A model generated the notes under the pieces. The model had not been told where the DNA came from. It saw nothing but the letters and a program-made list of their open reading frames with translations, and did no database searches. From positions 62,001 through 126,000 of the forward strand of contig JAPMXV010000017.1 of NCBI GenBank assembly GCA_026936335.1: a stretch of DNA of 64,000 nucleotides, given 5' to 3'. The first letter of the stretch is position 1; every line of letters starts with the position of its first letter. Source of the stretch: Mantamonas sphyraenae STR306. Taxonomy: Eukaryota; Protista; CRuMs. Position numbers and translations under genes: made by a program. Positions 1-12,298 of this stretch are shown here, in pieces.

Positions 1-3000
1 TTGGTTGTCCCTCCGCTCCAGCGACTCCTGCTCCTTGCGTTTGGCCTTGGCCTTGACCTCGTCCAAGACCCCTGCCATGGATGCCACCTTGTCCTTCTTT
101 TCCCGATCTCCTGCTGCTCCCACCATCCGTGTCACCTTGTCCACCTTCTCCGCCTTGCCCTTCTCCGCCTTGCTGCGCAAATCTTCCTTCATCCGCTCCA
201 GCCTTGCTCGTTGCTCCGCCTCCTTCGCCGCCCTCTCTGCCTCCCTCCGTGCCTCCTTCTCCTCCTCCTCCTCCTTCAACCTGTCCGCCTCTGCCTCGAA
301 TGCCGCCCGCTTGGCCGCCTTTGCCTGTTCGCCACTCTCTGCACGCGACAACGCCGCCTTCTCCTGCTCCAGTTGGCCTTTGCCTGCTCCTCCAGCAACT
401 TCTTCCGCTTTTCCATCACCTTTTGCCTCGCCAGCTCACGCATCTTTTCCGCTTCCACACGCTTGCGTTCCCTCTCCTCCTCCTCCCGCTTGCGTTCCTC
501 CTCCTGGGCCTTGCGCACCGCTGCCATCTGCTCCCGTCGCTTCTCGGCCTCACGGATCTTTTCGATCGTCTTGGCCACCTTGGGCGACTCGATGTGCAAC
601 TCGCCGATCAGTTGGATCAGTTCGTCGCATCGCACGTCGCCAAACTCCTTGTCGTAGTGCAGGTCGCCGTACTCGTCCTGTGTGTTGCGTTCAATCTCCT
701 CCCCCTCCTCACGTGCCGTGCGTCGATCCATCCACAGCAACACGTTGGCAATGTTTGCGTGCGACATCGCCTTGATCGCCTGGCCCAGACGATGCTTGCG
801 CGACGCAAGCACACTCGCCATGCCCATGTCCAGGTGCGGACCCCCCTCCGCATCCTCCTGGTCCTTCTGCGACGCTGCCGCCACCGCTTCCATCTCCCGA
901 CGCCTGCGTTCCTTCAACACACGCTGCTTTTCCATCTCCTGCAACTCTTCAATCGTGTGTTCGCCACCCTCGCCGCCATCCTTCTTGTCGCCTCCTCCAC
1001 CTCCGCCACCTCCGCCGTCTTTCTTGCCATCGCTGCTGTTCAACGACTCTTGCAACTCCTTCAGGTTGGCTTCCAGGGTGGCCACGCGTGCCAGGGCCTC
1101 GGGGGTGCCGTCGCGATCGGCCACAGCCCGTGCCTGTTCCAGCGACTTGCGCAGCATCATGAATTGCATCAGCTGTTCGCGTTCCCGCTTGAGATCGCTC
1201 ATCAGCTCCTTGCGCGTCACAATGCGCTCGTTGTTTTCCTTCTTCTGCGCCATCAGCTCCTTCATCAGCTCATCCTTGGTCTTGGTGCGTGGTCCCGTGT
1301 TCTCAAACTTGGGCTTCTTGGGCTTCTTCTTGCGTCGTCGTCGCGTGTACTGCGCCATCAAATCCTTCCTCTTCTGCTTGGCCGCCTCTTTCTCCTTCTT
1401 TTCCTTCTCCTGCGCCCCCAGCGCCTTCTTCACCCGTCGGCTGCCCGTCGTCGCGCGACTCATGCGTGAGTTGACCGACATGGTGTCACTCGTGTCGCTC
1501 ACGTGCGATTGCGCATCGTCATCGTCGTCCTCCTCGCCATCTTCGCCGTCCTTGCCCTCGTCGTCGTCGTCGTCATCATCATCCCCGCCACCACCGCGCT
1601 TCTTCTTGCCATCCTTGCCATCCTTGCCCACTTTGACATCGCGTCCCGTGGCCACACTCAGAGCATTGGCCATCAGCTCTGCAATGCGCAGCTCCTCTTC
1701 CGCCTCTTCCAATTCCTTGCGTCGTTCGTACTCTGCACGCTCACGCTCCAACTTCAGCTGCGCCTGTCGCTCCAGCTCCTTCTTGCGCTCGCGTTCCCGT
1801 TTGCGCTTCGCCTCGATGCGCTTCTTGCGCTTGCGCTCCAGATCCTGGCGCATTTCGTTCTGCAGCTTCGTGGAGAACGTTTTGGCCTTTTCGTCCGCCT
1901 CTTTGCTCTGCAGCATCTTGGCCGCCTTTTCGGCCAGATCCTGGGCCTTTTTGCGTTTGTGCTCCGCCATGGCCATTTCCACTCGCTTGCGCTCCTCGTC
2001 CTTCTTGATGTTCTCCTTCATCTGGATCGACTGCACGTACACCATGCGGTCCTGTTCAAACATCAGCCGGTCCAATCCCAGCACGTCCAGCTGCGCACGG
2101 CGGTTGAGAAACTCCTTGTTCACCGTCGCGTTGCGTGCCGTAATATGGTAATTCTTTGCTTCGTTTCCACCAACGCCCCCCGCGCCGATCCCGTCGCTCC
2201 CAGCGCCGCCGCCGCCACCGCCACCACTGGACATTTTGGGAATGGTGGCGTCGACATGGGAGGTACGAAACAAGGACTGCGCCGTCTTGGCCAAATCGGC
2301 CTCTGGGATGGGTTCCACCACCGAGTTGCGTGCTCGGAATCGCACGGCATGCATGGAGTGTTCCCTGCCAAGGGCATGGGAGGGCCCGTCGCCGCTGGCA
2401 TCGCCATCCATGCTCGCGTCGTCTCCGTCGTCGCCGCCGCCTCCACGCAAACGAGGAGGCGGCGAGTGGGAAGAGTGCATGTCTGCGTCGTCGCCGGGGC
2501 TGCTGTGGCTGTCGCCGTCTGTGCCACCCTCGCTCGCACCGCCCTCTTCGCTGATAGCGCCCAGGCCTGTGCCGTTGCGTGGCGTGCGATGGCCTTGGGA
2601 GGAGGGAGGCCGCATGGGTGCGCCTGAACCACCGGGCACAACCAGGGTTTCCTCGTGCAGTGGCGAGGTGGTGCCTGCGTCGCGTGCGGCCTGCTGTCCC
2701 AGATTGCTGGAACCCAAGCGACCGCCCTTGAGGATTGAACCCGCCCGTTTGCGCCCATGCACAGTGCCCCTTCGCTTGCGAGCCGAACTCTTTACCGATC
2801 CGCCGCTGATGGGACGGTACGGCTTCTTGCTGCGTGATGCGTACAGGCGTGGCACGCTGAATTGCCGGATGGCCAGCGGGTCAAGCACGCCGTCCACCTT
2901 GGACATGCGCTCAAACCACTGCGAATGGTCTTCGTCTGTGTCTCGCTCGCCATTGTTGCCCTCCACCAGCTCTTGGCTTGCAGCAAGCCCACCTGCGTCG

Positions 3001-4252
3001 TATTTGAAGTCCATGTCCGAGTGCACACTCGAGTCTCCATACAGCCAATTCTGCGCCTGTTTGTTGCCTGTGCCATCCTGTCCGTTGCCTGCGTTGCGCA
3101 TGTGATGTGCCCCTCGTCCTCCGCCTCCAGCGCCGCCTCCAGCGCCGCCGCCACCGCCGCCGCCTCGTCCACCTCCGCCTCCGCCACCCATCATCATCAT
3201 CATGCCGCCTCCCATGCCGTCCATCATGCCCAGGGTACCCCCCATGGATTGGCGCCGCATCATGAGTTCCTCGGGTGGGTTGTCGGCGAGCACATCCGAG
3301 CCCACGCCGTGCAGGTATGCCGTCTTTTGCTTCATCATCAGCATGTCCGCGGTGGTAAACTCGTTCTCTTTGATGGTGGGGATGTGGACGGCCATCTCGC
3401 CCGAGTGTCCGTGTGCCACCTTTTGTCCCAGATGTTCGTCCAGGTATGTGGATCGTCGCGATTCCAACGCCGTCATGGGCCGTCCACCAATCATCTTGAC
3501 GGACTTTCCACCACGCAACACACCCGCCTTTGCTGTTTTTGGCCGCCTGCGACCCCCCTTGTGATGTCGTCGTCCCGATGCACCGCCACCGCCGCCGCCG
3601 CCACTGCCACTGCCATAGCTGCCGTTGCGTCCCATCATCAGGTCGCTGTCGGTGTCGCCACTCAACCCAGAGATGGAACTGCTCAACGAGTCCCGTCGCG
3701 ACGACGCTCCACGGTAGGTGTGTCTGGAGCCTGATCGGTTGTGTGGGTGGTGGTGGCCGTGATGATGATGTTGATGCTGGTGGTGGCGCTTGGTGCCTGC
3801 ACTGAAGTTGTCACGTCGCACATACGTGGGCATGGTGGATGGGATCTGGGCTTGGATGAGCAGATCGAGCTTCTCCGACTGGAAGGCGTACAGGTCGTGG
3901 ATGTTGATCTTGGTGTTGGGCACCTCCACGTCATGGTGCTCAGCCGTTTCGTCTGTGTGGCTGAGGGCACGCGTGAGCGCAACGTCATGGTTTTGTTGAA
4001 CTCTTCGTGGTCTCGCCAGGTTTTCAGGCCCCACTCGTTCAGTCGCGAGGCAATCTCCTTGGCCGTGCTCGGCCGGTTGATTTCCGGTTCCGATTCAAAC
4101 GTGGACGACACGTCGATGCCCGACAAGTCCTGCGACACACTCGATGTCTCCGAGTATTCGTCGTCGTCCTCGTCTTCTTCCTCCAGGTATTCGCTGTCGT
4201 CGTCGTCCAGGTAGTACGGTTCTCCGTACTCGTCTTCCGACACCTCGTCCAT
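1..4252 (-). CDS. Large uncharacterised low-complexity/coiled-coil protein (paralog A); 3' end runs off the window; two apparent -1 frameshifts (~3929, ~376)
   Basis: ATG at 4252 (MDEVSEDEY..., ORF 3683..4321) joins ORF 276..4034 near 3929. After ~376 a third frame continues (QLEQEKAALSRAESGEQAK...). Shares several sequence blocks with the + strand gene at 4881-9595. An upstream exon is possible because the ATG follows a CA-rich tract ending ...cacag. Confidence 0.7.
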
Positions 4253-4260
4253 CTGTGTGT

Positions 4261-4369
4261 TGAGTGAGTGAGTGAGTGAGTGAGTGAGTGTGTGTGTGCA
4301 TGCGTGCGCAGAAGCAGTCATGTGTCAGTGTGGGTCAGTGTATATCCCGTGTGTGTGTGTGTGTGTGTG
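4261..4369. repeat. (GAGT)n and (TG)n microsatellites upstream of paralog A
   Basis: tgagtgagtg... at 4261-4290 and a gtgtgt run at 4349-4369. Confidence 0.9.
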
Positions 4370-4880
4370 CTGGGGGCAGAGTAGCCGGAGAGGATTTGTC
4401 TGCGCGCGTGGTCCGTTGCAAAAACGGGCCTCTAGGCAAAAAGCGGCCACATCGGCTCTTGACATGGCCATGCGCGACCAATTAATGGCCCAGGAGGGGC
4501 AATTTCACACGGGGCAACATGTGGGCGAGCCTCGCACTGGGATGCAGTCTTGTGCGTGTGGCAGGGGAGGCCGGAAGCACAGCGTCCCGTTTGCGACGGT
4601 GGAACGCCGAGCAGGAAGCGAGCGAGCGGGACACAAAAACAATAGTCACCCCGAATCCCAAGGGGGAAAACGCACCTCTTCAAGAGCGGCTGTGGTGAGT
4701 GTACGAAAGCCTGTGGCGAGGTTGCTGAGCTGGGCACGCATGACCTGACTGCGCCTGTTGGAAAGACCCCGTTCGAGCTCGGAAAAGTCCTGGCCGCCCG
4801 CCGACCGAGGCGACAATGGACCACGGCCTGCACGACGCGAGTTCATGTGGTCTGTGGAACGAACACGTGCACGCGTAGCC

Positions 4881-7800
4881 ATGTCGACACTGTGTATGTG
4901 TGTGTGTGTGTGTGTGTGGGTTGTGTTTGCGGAGGCAGGGCCAAAGAAACACATCACCCAGGCCTGTGGCTGTCGACACACACTCCTGTCCTGTCATGCA
5001 ACACAGCGAGCGGATGTCCCACATGGCCAGGCGCAACCCGTCGCTGGCACAGTTCCAACGGAGGCAGCAGCAAGGGTCGCCCGGGAGCCATCACAGCCAC
5101 AACAGCAGCCATCACAGCCATCACAGCCATCACAGCCATCGTAGTCAGCGCAGCGAACAGGAATCGTCGGATGGTGGACACAGCACACGTGCTGCCTACG
5201 CACGTGATTCGTCACCCATGGCAAGTCGATTCAGCACGGTGCACGAGGGCGAAGAAGGGCCCGAGAGTGAATACTACGAGAGCGAAGCGTACCTGGAGGG
5301 CGAGGAGGGCGAGGAGGGCGAAGAGGGCGAAGAAGACGATGACTATTATTCCAGTGGCTACGAGTCATCCGGTCATTTTCCGTCCTCGCAGGGATTGACC
5401 AACTTTAGTGCCGTGCGTTCGGATCGCTCACTTCCAGGCGTGGCCTACAACAAGCAGCGTGACCATGCCAAGCTGCGCGCCCTCAACTCGGACGACACAA
5501 AGTGGAAGGAATACCACAGGCGCACTCAGATGCCCTCACTGTACGTACAGCGTGCACAATGGGCGACGGCGGCTCCCGAGCCGTTGCACAATCTCGCTTT
5601 CTTCTTTCGCTCACACCGCTCAACCGGAAAACCTATCCACCTCACCACACACAGCTATCGCGCACCCAAACAGACCACAAAGCGCAGTTTCAAGTCGTTC
5701 CAGGTCGACACGCCCAATCTTTCGGTCGACTTCCACCAGCTGTACCAGTATCAGGCGTCGCAGGTGTGTTTGCTTTCTGCGGACGTGTGCCGAGAGTCGT
5801 TTTCGAGAATGCCGTTTCTGCTCACACGCCACGCACACACGCCATCCCGCGACGCACGCATGGTCCACCTCACGCACATGCACCCACCCACAGCTGGAGT
5901 TTCTGTACCGTGTCAACGTCCCGTCGCAGAAGCGACCAAACAGCCATACGGCGTTGAAAAAGATGCAGGAAGAGAAGGAGAAGGAGGACGAGTCACCCAC
6001 ACCTCCGCCGATGGACGAAGTGGACGCGTTGCTGGCCAACGAACTGGGCCACTCGTTCAGCTACGACAGCCAGGGCCGCATGCGACGCAAGAGCACACTG
6101 AAAGGGGTCAAAGACGGACGCAAGGGCAAAAAGGGCAAGAAGGGCAAGCACGGCAAAAAAGGCAAGGGACACGGCGGGGCACAGGGAGTGTCGTCGCCCT
6201 CTGCAGCTGCAGCAGTTGCAGCAGAGGCATCTGTGGCCAAGTCGCGTGCCGAATGGGCTCTGAACGACTATTACGCACACCGCAAGATCCAACAGGGACG
6301 CAAGGAAACGAGCAAAGGGTCGATTATCATTGACAACTGGCCCCCACCGCCGGGACCAGCAGCTCGCCTGAACGAGTTTACGTCCACAGAGATGCTGTTG
6401 ATGAAGGGCATGTCATTGGAGGAGGAGCTGGACCCGAGGCAGCTTGCGTTGATGGATGAGGAGGACGAGGTGAGGAAGGAGCTGCGGCGCACGACATTTT
6501 TCGACCTGAAAGAGGCGGAGGATGCGCACCACGCACGCAGCCACGAGGGACACCATTCACACGCGGGTGGCGGAGGAGCGGGAGGAGATGCGGCGAGCAA
6601 CCCCGGGTGGATTTGGAACGAACGGCTGGAAACGGGAAGTGTGTCGTCGTATCGGCACGAGATTGGCGGACGACACAAGGAAAAGTCGGTGACGGAGGAT
6701 GACCAGTTCCGTGACAGCGACAAATTCCACCAGCTGTGGTTTGCCAAGATCTTGCAGACGGATGGGAGCCAGCTGACGCCGGAGGAGGCCGAGAAGCTGA
6801 TCCCGCAGTTTCGGGTGCCCAGCACCAAAAAGAAGTCGCGGCCGGGTGGCATGCGACCGCCGTCGCCCACAGGATCGATGCGATCTGGACGCATGCGCAA
6901 GCGAGCAGGCACGATTGGGCCACGATCACGTGTCAAGTCGCGCGGGGTCATGCCACGCAGCCAGCTGGGCACGGTGAGTGAGACGGCGTCATCGATTGGA
7001 GATGGGGCCTCGATCGCACGTCGGTCGCACGGACGTGGACGGACGTCGGTGGAGAGGGAGCGTGGAGCCGGTGGCAGTGGCGGGTTGGCCACAGGAGGTG
7101 GAGGTGTGGGAGCGGGAGGGGCTTCGGGTGTCGAAGGAGGCGACACGATGATGGATGGAGACATGCCGTTGTTGTCCACGGCGTCGTCGTCCGCAAGCAG
7201 CGGGTCGTCGGTGATGGGTGCCATGAAGGGCAGTCGTCCAAACTCGCCTCTGACGTCGCCCACAGGCTCGAGCATCGCCAGCTTCCGTGGGATGGGCAGC
7301 ACCATGGATCTTGATGGCGGGGGTGATTCGTTGCAACGCACGGCGGCATCGCTGTTCAAGTCATCGTCGCCCAATGCGGTGGCGGCGAGGCAGGGGCGTC
7401 CGGCAACCAGTGACAGCAGCAGTGCGGTGTCTTCGTCGCTCACGCGTCGTGTCTCGCCACGCGGAAGCATGGATGGCACGTTGTCGCCCTCTGCTTCTGC
7501 GGAGGACGACTCGATGATGAGCGGCAGCGGGGCAGGAGGCGAGGGAAGCGGAGGTGTTGGCGGCACAGCGGCTCGTGAGCATGCGGTGGGCAATCCGGAG
7601 TTTGAGGAACGCAAGCGGGAGTTGGCCGTGTTGAACCTGGACAGGCTGGTGTTTGAGGAGGAACGCAGGGAGTATGTGATGAACCTGCGCATGCGGCAGG
7701 AAATCAGCGAGGACACACAGCGTGAGGAGGCACGCAGCAAGATGACGTTGCACAAGCGACAGCAATCGAAGAAGCTGATGCGCAAGGCCCGTGACATTGT

Positions 7801-9595
7801 GGGCATCAAACGGGACCTGCGGTTGCCAGACATTGACGACCTGCTACAGGAGCAGCTGGAACGGTCTCGCAAGCGCAAAGGAGGCAAGGGTGGAAGCGGC
7901 GAGGATGGGGACGACGACGACGACGACGATGCCCCTGGATCGGCGCGAGCGTTTGACGTGAAGAAGCTGCTGGTGCAACGACGCATGAAGATTGTGAGCG
8001 AAAAGAAGAAGCGGGAGGAGGCGAGGAAGGAGCGGGAGTTGCACGAGAAACAGCTGCGTGAGAAGCGGGAGCGTGAGCTTGCGGCGGAGAGGGAACGTGA
8101 GGAGGAGGAGAGGAGGGCGGCAGAGGAGGCAGAGAGGCAGCGGATGGAAGAGGAGGCGTTGAAGAAGGCGCAACAGTCGCGTGGGGGTGCGTCGGGCAAG
8201 AAGTTGAAGAAGAGCAAGTCGCAGATGGAGCGGGACGGCGATCGGGGAGGTGATGTGAATGACGACGAGAGCGTGACGTCAGATACATCGCACGGAGGCG
8301 GAGGCGAGGGACGGGACGATCGCAACACGCCGTCGACACCGGGGTCGGGACGCAAGGTGAGGCCAAAGAAGAAGCGACCCAAGGAGGAGGGTGGGAAGAA
8401 GAAAGGGGACGCCGGCAAAAAGTCGCTGTCGGGGGCCCCCGGGTCGGCCAGGAGAAGCGGGGCAACGAGGAAGAAGATCCGCAAGAAGAAGAAGAAGGCC
8501 CCGCCGAAGGACACAGGACCACGTCTGATGACGAAGGAGGACCTGATTGCAAAGATGAAGAAGCAGAACGAGGAGGACGGCAAAAAGGTGGTGTCGAAGA
8601 TGGAGCTGATGGGCAACCTGAAGCAGGAGAAGGAACAACTGATCATGGTGCTGCAGCTGAGTGCAGAGTTGAAGCGTGCCGAGAACAAAGCCAAGGAGGA
8701 GGGCACGGTGGAGGCGCTGGTGCAGGCAGAGACGCTGCGTGTACAGCTGCAAAAGCTGAAACAACAGCTTCGCGGCGGACAGGACGAAGGGGAAGGCGAA
8801 GGGGAGGGCGAAGCAGAAGGGGAGGGCGAAGAAGGTGATCATGAGATGGAGGAGGGGGAGGAAGGGGAGGAGGGGGAGGAGGAGCAGGGCGAACGTGCAT
8901 CTGCACCCACGTCGCGACGATCAAGTGCATCGTCGACGTTGGACGTGAGTGGTCATGGTGGGCTGCACGGCAGCGTGTCGACAGGGACGCTGCAGGTGGC
9001 CGCAGGGACGGACCGCAAAGGAAGCGCATCGTCTGCGGTGAGCGCGCCTGCAGGAATGGGTGAAGCAGCGGGGGATGGGACAGCAGGCATGACGCGGTCC
9101 TCGTCGACGGGGAGTGCGGATGTGGACGAGGAGGCCATGCGAGCGGCGTTGGCAAAGATGAGCGATGCGTATGTGCTGGAGCTGGTGGTGTATGTCAAGG
9201 CACGCGAAGCACACGAGAGGGACGAGGGAGATTGGACGCCGGCGGACAAGTTTGCACTGTTTGACCACGTGGGGTTGATGCACCTGGTGCACCTGATCAA
9301 GGAGCGTGCAAACAACACGGCGATGGTGTTGCAGGTGCTGGCCACCGTGGAGATGAAGGAAAAGAAGCGGCTGGAGGATGAGGAGGAGACACGCAGGATC
9401 AGAGAACGATTGCGTGCGCTGGGTGAGCATGGCAGCACGACATCGATGGCGTCGTTGGTGTCAAGCAAGAGCGTGAGTAGCATTGGGAAACGTATGCGCA
9501 AGAGCTCGTCCAAGATGAGCACCAGCACAAGCTCCAGCTCACGACGTCGCTCCAGCGGTGGCAAGAAGAGTGGGAGGAAGAGTCGTGGAAGGTGA
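4881..9595 (+). CDS. Large uncharacterised low-complexity/coiled-coil protein (paralog B), spliced
   Basis: ORFs 4900..6333 and 5408..9595 are joined by intron 5764..5893 (GTGTGT..CACAG). An in-frame intron at 5541..5654 (GTACGT..CACAG) is likely. A first exon 4881..4891 with intron 4892..5006 is tentative. E/K/R-rich coiled coils; homologous blocks shared with paralog A. Confidence 0.75.
5088..5140 (+). repeat. 9-bp coding tandem repeat (CAGCCATCA) encoding Ser-His-His repeats
   Basis: Translates as SHHSHNSSHHSHHSHHSH. Confidence 0.85.
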
Positions 9596-9658
9596 TTGGA
9601 AAGGGAAGGATGTTGTGGACATGCGAAGAAGGGGGCACAGCAAAACAAAAACCCGCGA

Positions 9659-10631
9659 ATGAGTTTGTTTTCCAAGTTTCGTGGCGGAGGTGGCTGGAGG
9701 AGGCGACCTCAACAAGAGGTTCTACAGCAACGAGGTGCCGAGTCCGTCGAATGGACTGACGATTGAAGAGTTTCACGAGGAGCACTTTGGTGGGTGGCGG
9801 AGGGAAGGAGTCACACCTTGGTGTGGAATTGCGGGGCTGACGCAGGTCGTTTCTCTGTGCGCAGGTGACTATGGATTCTTGGAGTACAGCCACTCGTTTA
9901 TCCAGTTTCTGTTTCCGATCTTTGAGGGCTCCGGTGTGAATTGGCAGGCTCAAGGGCTGACGCGAGAGGAGGCGGCGTTTGTCAAGGGGGATCGAGGGTG
10001 TGCGCGGCGGTTTGTGACTAGCTACAGGCTGATTCTGGATTTCTACGGATTTGCACTGACGGATGAGGTGAAAGGCACGGTGGGACGTAAGGAGAAGGAT
10101 TGGGAGTCGCGGTTTGAGAACCTGTGTGTGTCGTCGCACAACTGGCTGCGTGTGAGCCGCATCCTGCAGTCGATGAACCAGTTTGGGTTTGCGTCGTGGG
10201 TGCAGCCGTTTCTGGATGCGTTGGAACATGAGATTTACACGACCAAGGAGCTGGCACCGTGTGCACGCAGCTTTGAGGGCCACTGGAAGATCTGTGCGAC
10301 GCCCGACGCTGCCGTGTACCAGCGCAAGACGGGAGGCGAGACGGCGGAGGACCGTGCGCCGAGCGTGTGGTTTGAGATGATGGAGGAGGAACAGGGAAAG
10401 GAGGAAAAGACGCAGACGAAGAAGGGGAACAAGAAGGATGCGATCGAGGAGGAGGAAACGTTTCCAGAGTCGTCGATATGTGACGACGAGGCACAGGCTC
10501 GGGTGCGTGAAGAGATGTACTGGCTTGAAGAGGGCCGTGGACCGCAGGAGGAGGAGATGGTGGTTGTGGTGGAAGATGAGGGTGAGCGAGAGGAGGGCCA
10601 AGAAAACAGCGAGGAGGCGACGGCGGAATGA
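9659..10631 (+). CDS. Opioid growth factor receptor (OGFr_N) conserved-domain protein with acidic tail
   Basis: NKRFYSNE..P.NG, DYGFLEYSHSFIQFLFP, SYRLILDFYG and HNWLRVSRILQS match the OGFr conserved region. Removing intron 9790..9864 restores EEHFG|DYGFLE. The likely start ATG 9659 (MSLFSKFRGGGG) needs a +1 correction near 9695. Confidence 0.8.
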
Positions 10632-12298
10632 AGACAAAAGCCGTGATTGTGTGTGTTTGGTTGGTTGTGTGTTTGTCTGCGGGAAGCCTGTGCGCGGTGG
10701 AGGTGCCTGTGGATGGCGTGCATGAGAGTGCAGTGCCGTTTGAGGTGCCGGAAGGTCAGAATCCGTTTGCGGAAGACGTGCGGGTGGAGGTGACCCGGCC
10801 AGATGGGAGCAAGGTGGAAGTGGCCGCGTTTTGGTACCAGGCATACAATGCAAGCGTGGACAAGAACGGAATGGAACACGTGCAGGCTGTGGGGAAGCCC
10901 GGGTTCCGAGTACGCTTTGCTCCGCGTGTGCCGGGAGTGTTTTCGTGGCTGGCAGTGTGGAATGGAAACACGGCAGTGCTGAGCAACTTTACGGCGGTGT
11001 CCAGCACACGCACACAGGGATTCCTGTCCCTGAACAGCCGTGGGAGGCTGGTGGAAAGCGGCGGGGCTCAGGTCCTACCCATGGGAGTCAACATGGCGTG
11101 GGCAGGCCAAGGAGGCACGGCTGACTACGCAAAGTGGTTGGATCTGCTGACACAGAACGGAGGATCATGGATTCGCGTGTGGGTGGGTCCGTTGGGGTTC
11201 ACGCTGGAGTTTCGCGAAGTGGGCAAATATGAGCTGGACCACGCGTGGCAGCTCGACCAGGTGATGGACATGGCGCGCAAAATGGGCGTGTGGGTCATCA
11301 TGAGCGTGACAAGCTTCAACTCATGGCGCAGCACGCCTCCGTATGACATGTGGAGCAAGAATCCGTACCAAACGCTGATTGGCAAGCCCGAGGAGTTCTT
11401 TGTCGATGACAAGGCAATGGATGCGTTTGAACGGCGTCTGGAGTACATTGTGGCGCGGTATGGGGCGTATTCAAGTCTGTGGAGTGTGGAACTGTTCAAC
11501 GAGGTGGATCTGGTGGACAAATACTACGAAATGGAGGCGATCGGGGTTGTGAAACGATGGCACGAGCGCATGTATGGGGTCATCGAAGCGGCGGATGTGA
11601 ATGGGCATCTTCACTCGACGAGTTTCTCCAACAGCAAGGGGAGCAAGGGGATTCAGGCGCTGGAAGGGACGTCGTTCACGACCACGCACACGTACGGATC
11701 AAGCGATTTTGGTGGGGATGTGCACGGATGGGTGCATGCCAAGGCAGTGTCGTTCAAGAAGGGCACCCTTGTGGAAGAGTATGGCCTCGGAGATCCAACC
11801 ACTGCAGCGGAGAAGGATCCGTCTGGGATTGCGCTTCACACAGGGATGATGTCGAGCATCGCGAGTGGGGCTGTGGCAGGAGCGGGGATGTGGTGGTGGG
11901 ACAACTACATCACACCAAAGGGGCTGTGGGGCCGGTTTGGTGGACCAAGTGCAGTGGCCAAGTTGGTGGCGGGTGTGATGAACGAGGGGATGCAAGAGGT
12001 GTCGCTGGTGAGCAGCACACGGGAACACGTGGGCGTGTTGGGACTCACCGACAACGAACATTCGGTGGTGTGGATCCGAGACACACGGTTCTCGTACAGC
12101 AATGCGAGCGAAGCACTGGCGTTGAACGGGACGACTGTGTTTTTCTCGGCGCCCATGACGAGTGCATGCGAGGTGGTGTTGGTGGACACAAGCACAGGTG
12201 AGCAGAACGTGTGTGAGACGTGTGGATGCAACGAGGTGGTCATCCCGGCAAGCAAGACCGAGTGGATGGATGTGGTGGCGTTGCAGAAACGAAAATGA
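10628..12298 (+). CDS. Secreted glycoside hydrolase, clan GH-A (GH5-like) with N-terminal DUF5060-like Ig domain; intronless
   Basis: Signal peptide MKTKAVIVCVWLVVCLSAGSLCA. NPF..V.V....PDG and FRVRFAP..PG.FSW fit DUF5060. YIVARYG, WSVELFNEVD (acid/base Glu), LVEEYG (nucleophile) and WWWD fit a GH-A barrel. Confidence 0.8.
   Translation: MKTKAVIVCVWLVVCLSAGSLCAVEVPVDGVHESAVPFEVPEGQNPFAEDVRVEVTRPDGSKVEVAAFWYQAYNASVDKNGMEHVQAVGKPGFRVRFAPRVPGVFSWLAVWNGNTAVLSNFTAVSSTRTQGFLSLNSRGRLVESGGAQVLPMGVNMAWAGQGGTADYAKWLDLLTQNGGSWIRVWVGPLGFTLEFREVGKYELDHAWQLDQVMDMARKMGVWVIMSVTSFNSWRSTPPYDMWSKNPYQTLIGKPEEFFVDDKAMDAFERRLEYIVARYGAYSSLWSVELFNEVDLVDKYYEMEAIGVVKRWHERMYGVIEAADVNGHLHSTSFSNSKGSKGIQALEGTSFTTTHTYGSSDFGGDVHGWVHAKAVSFKKGTLVEEYGLGDPTTAAEKDPSGIALHTGMMSSIASGAVAGAGMWWWDNYITPKGLWGRFGGPSAVAKLVAGVMNEGMQEVSLVSSTREHVGVLGLTDNEHSVVWIRDTRFSYSNASEALALNGTTVFFSAPMTSACEVVLVDTSTGEQNVCETCGCNEVVIPASKTEWMDVVALQKRK

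Noticed and set aside
682-8706. Long antisense or alternative-frame ORFs (e.g. 682..2151 +, 6271..8706 -, also 23365..26553 -, 42452..44617 +, 58271..60808 +)
   Set aside because: Shadow ORFs of GC-rich, E/K/R-biased genes on the opposite strand. Translations are Ser/Leu/His-rich with no motifs.
9621-9680. TGA read-through or selenocysteine start for OGFr (in-frame ATG 9621, TGA 9660-9662)
   Set aside because: The peptide is unconvincing, TGA is the commonest true stop in this window, and ATG 9659 with a 1-nt correction gives a more natural Gly-run N-terminus.
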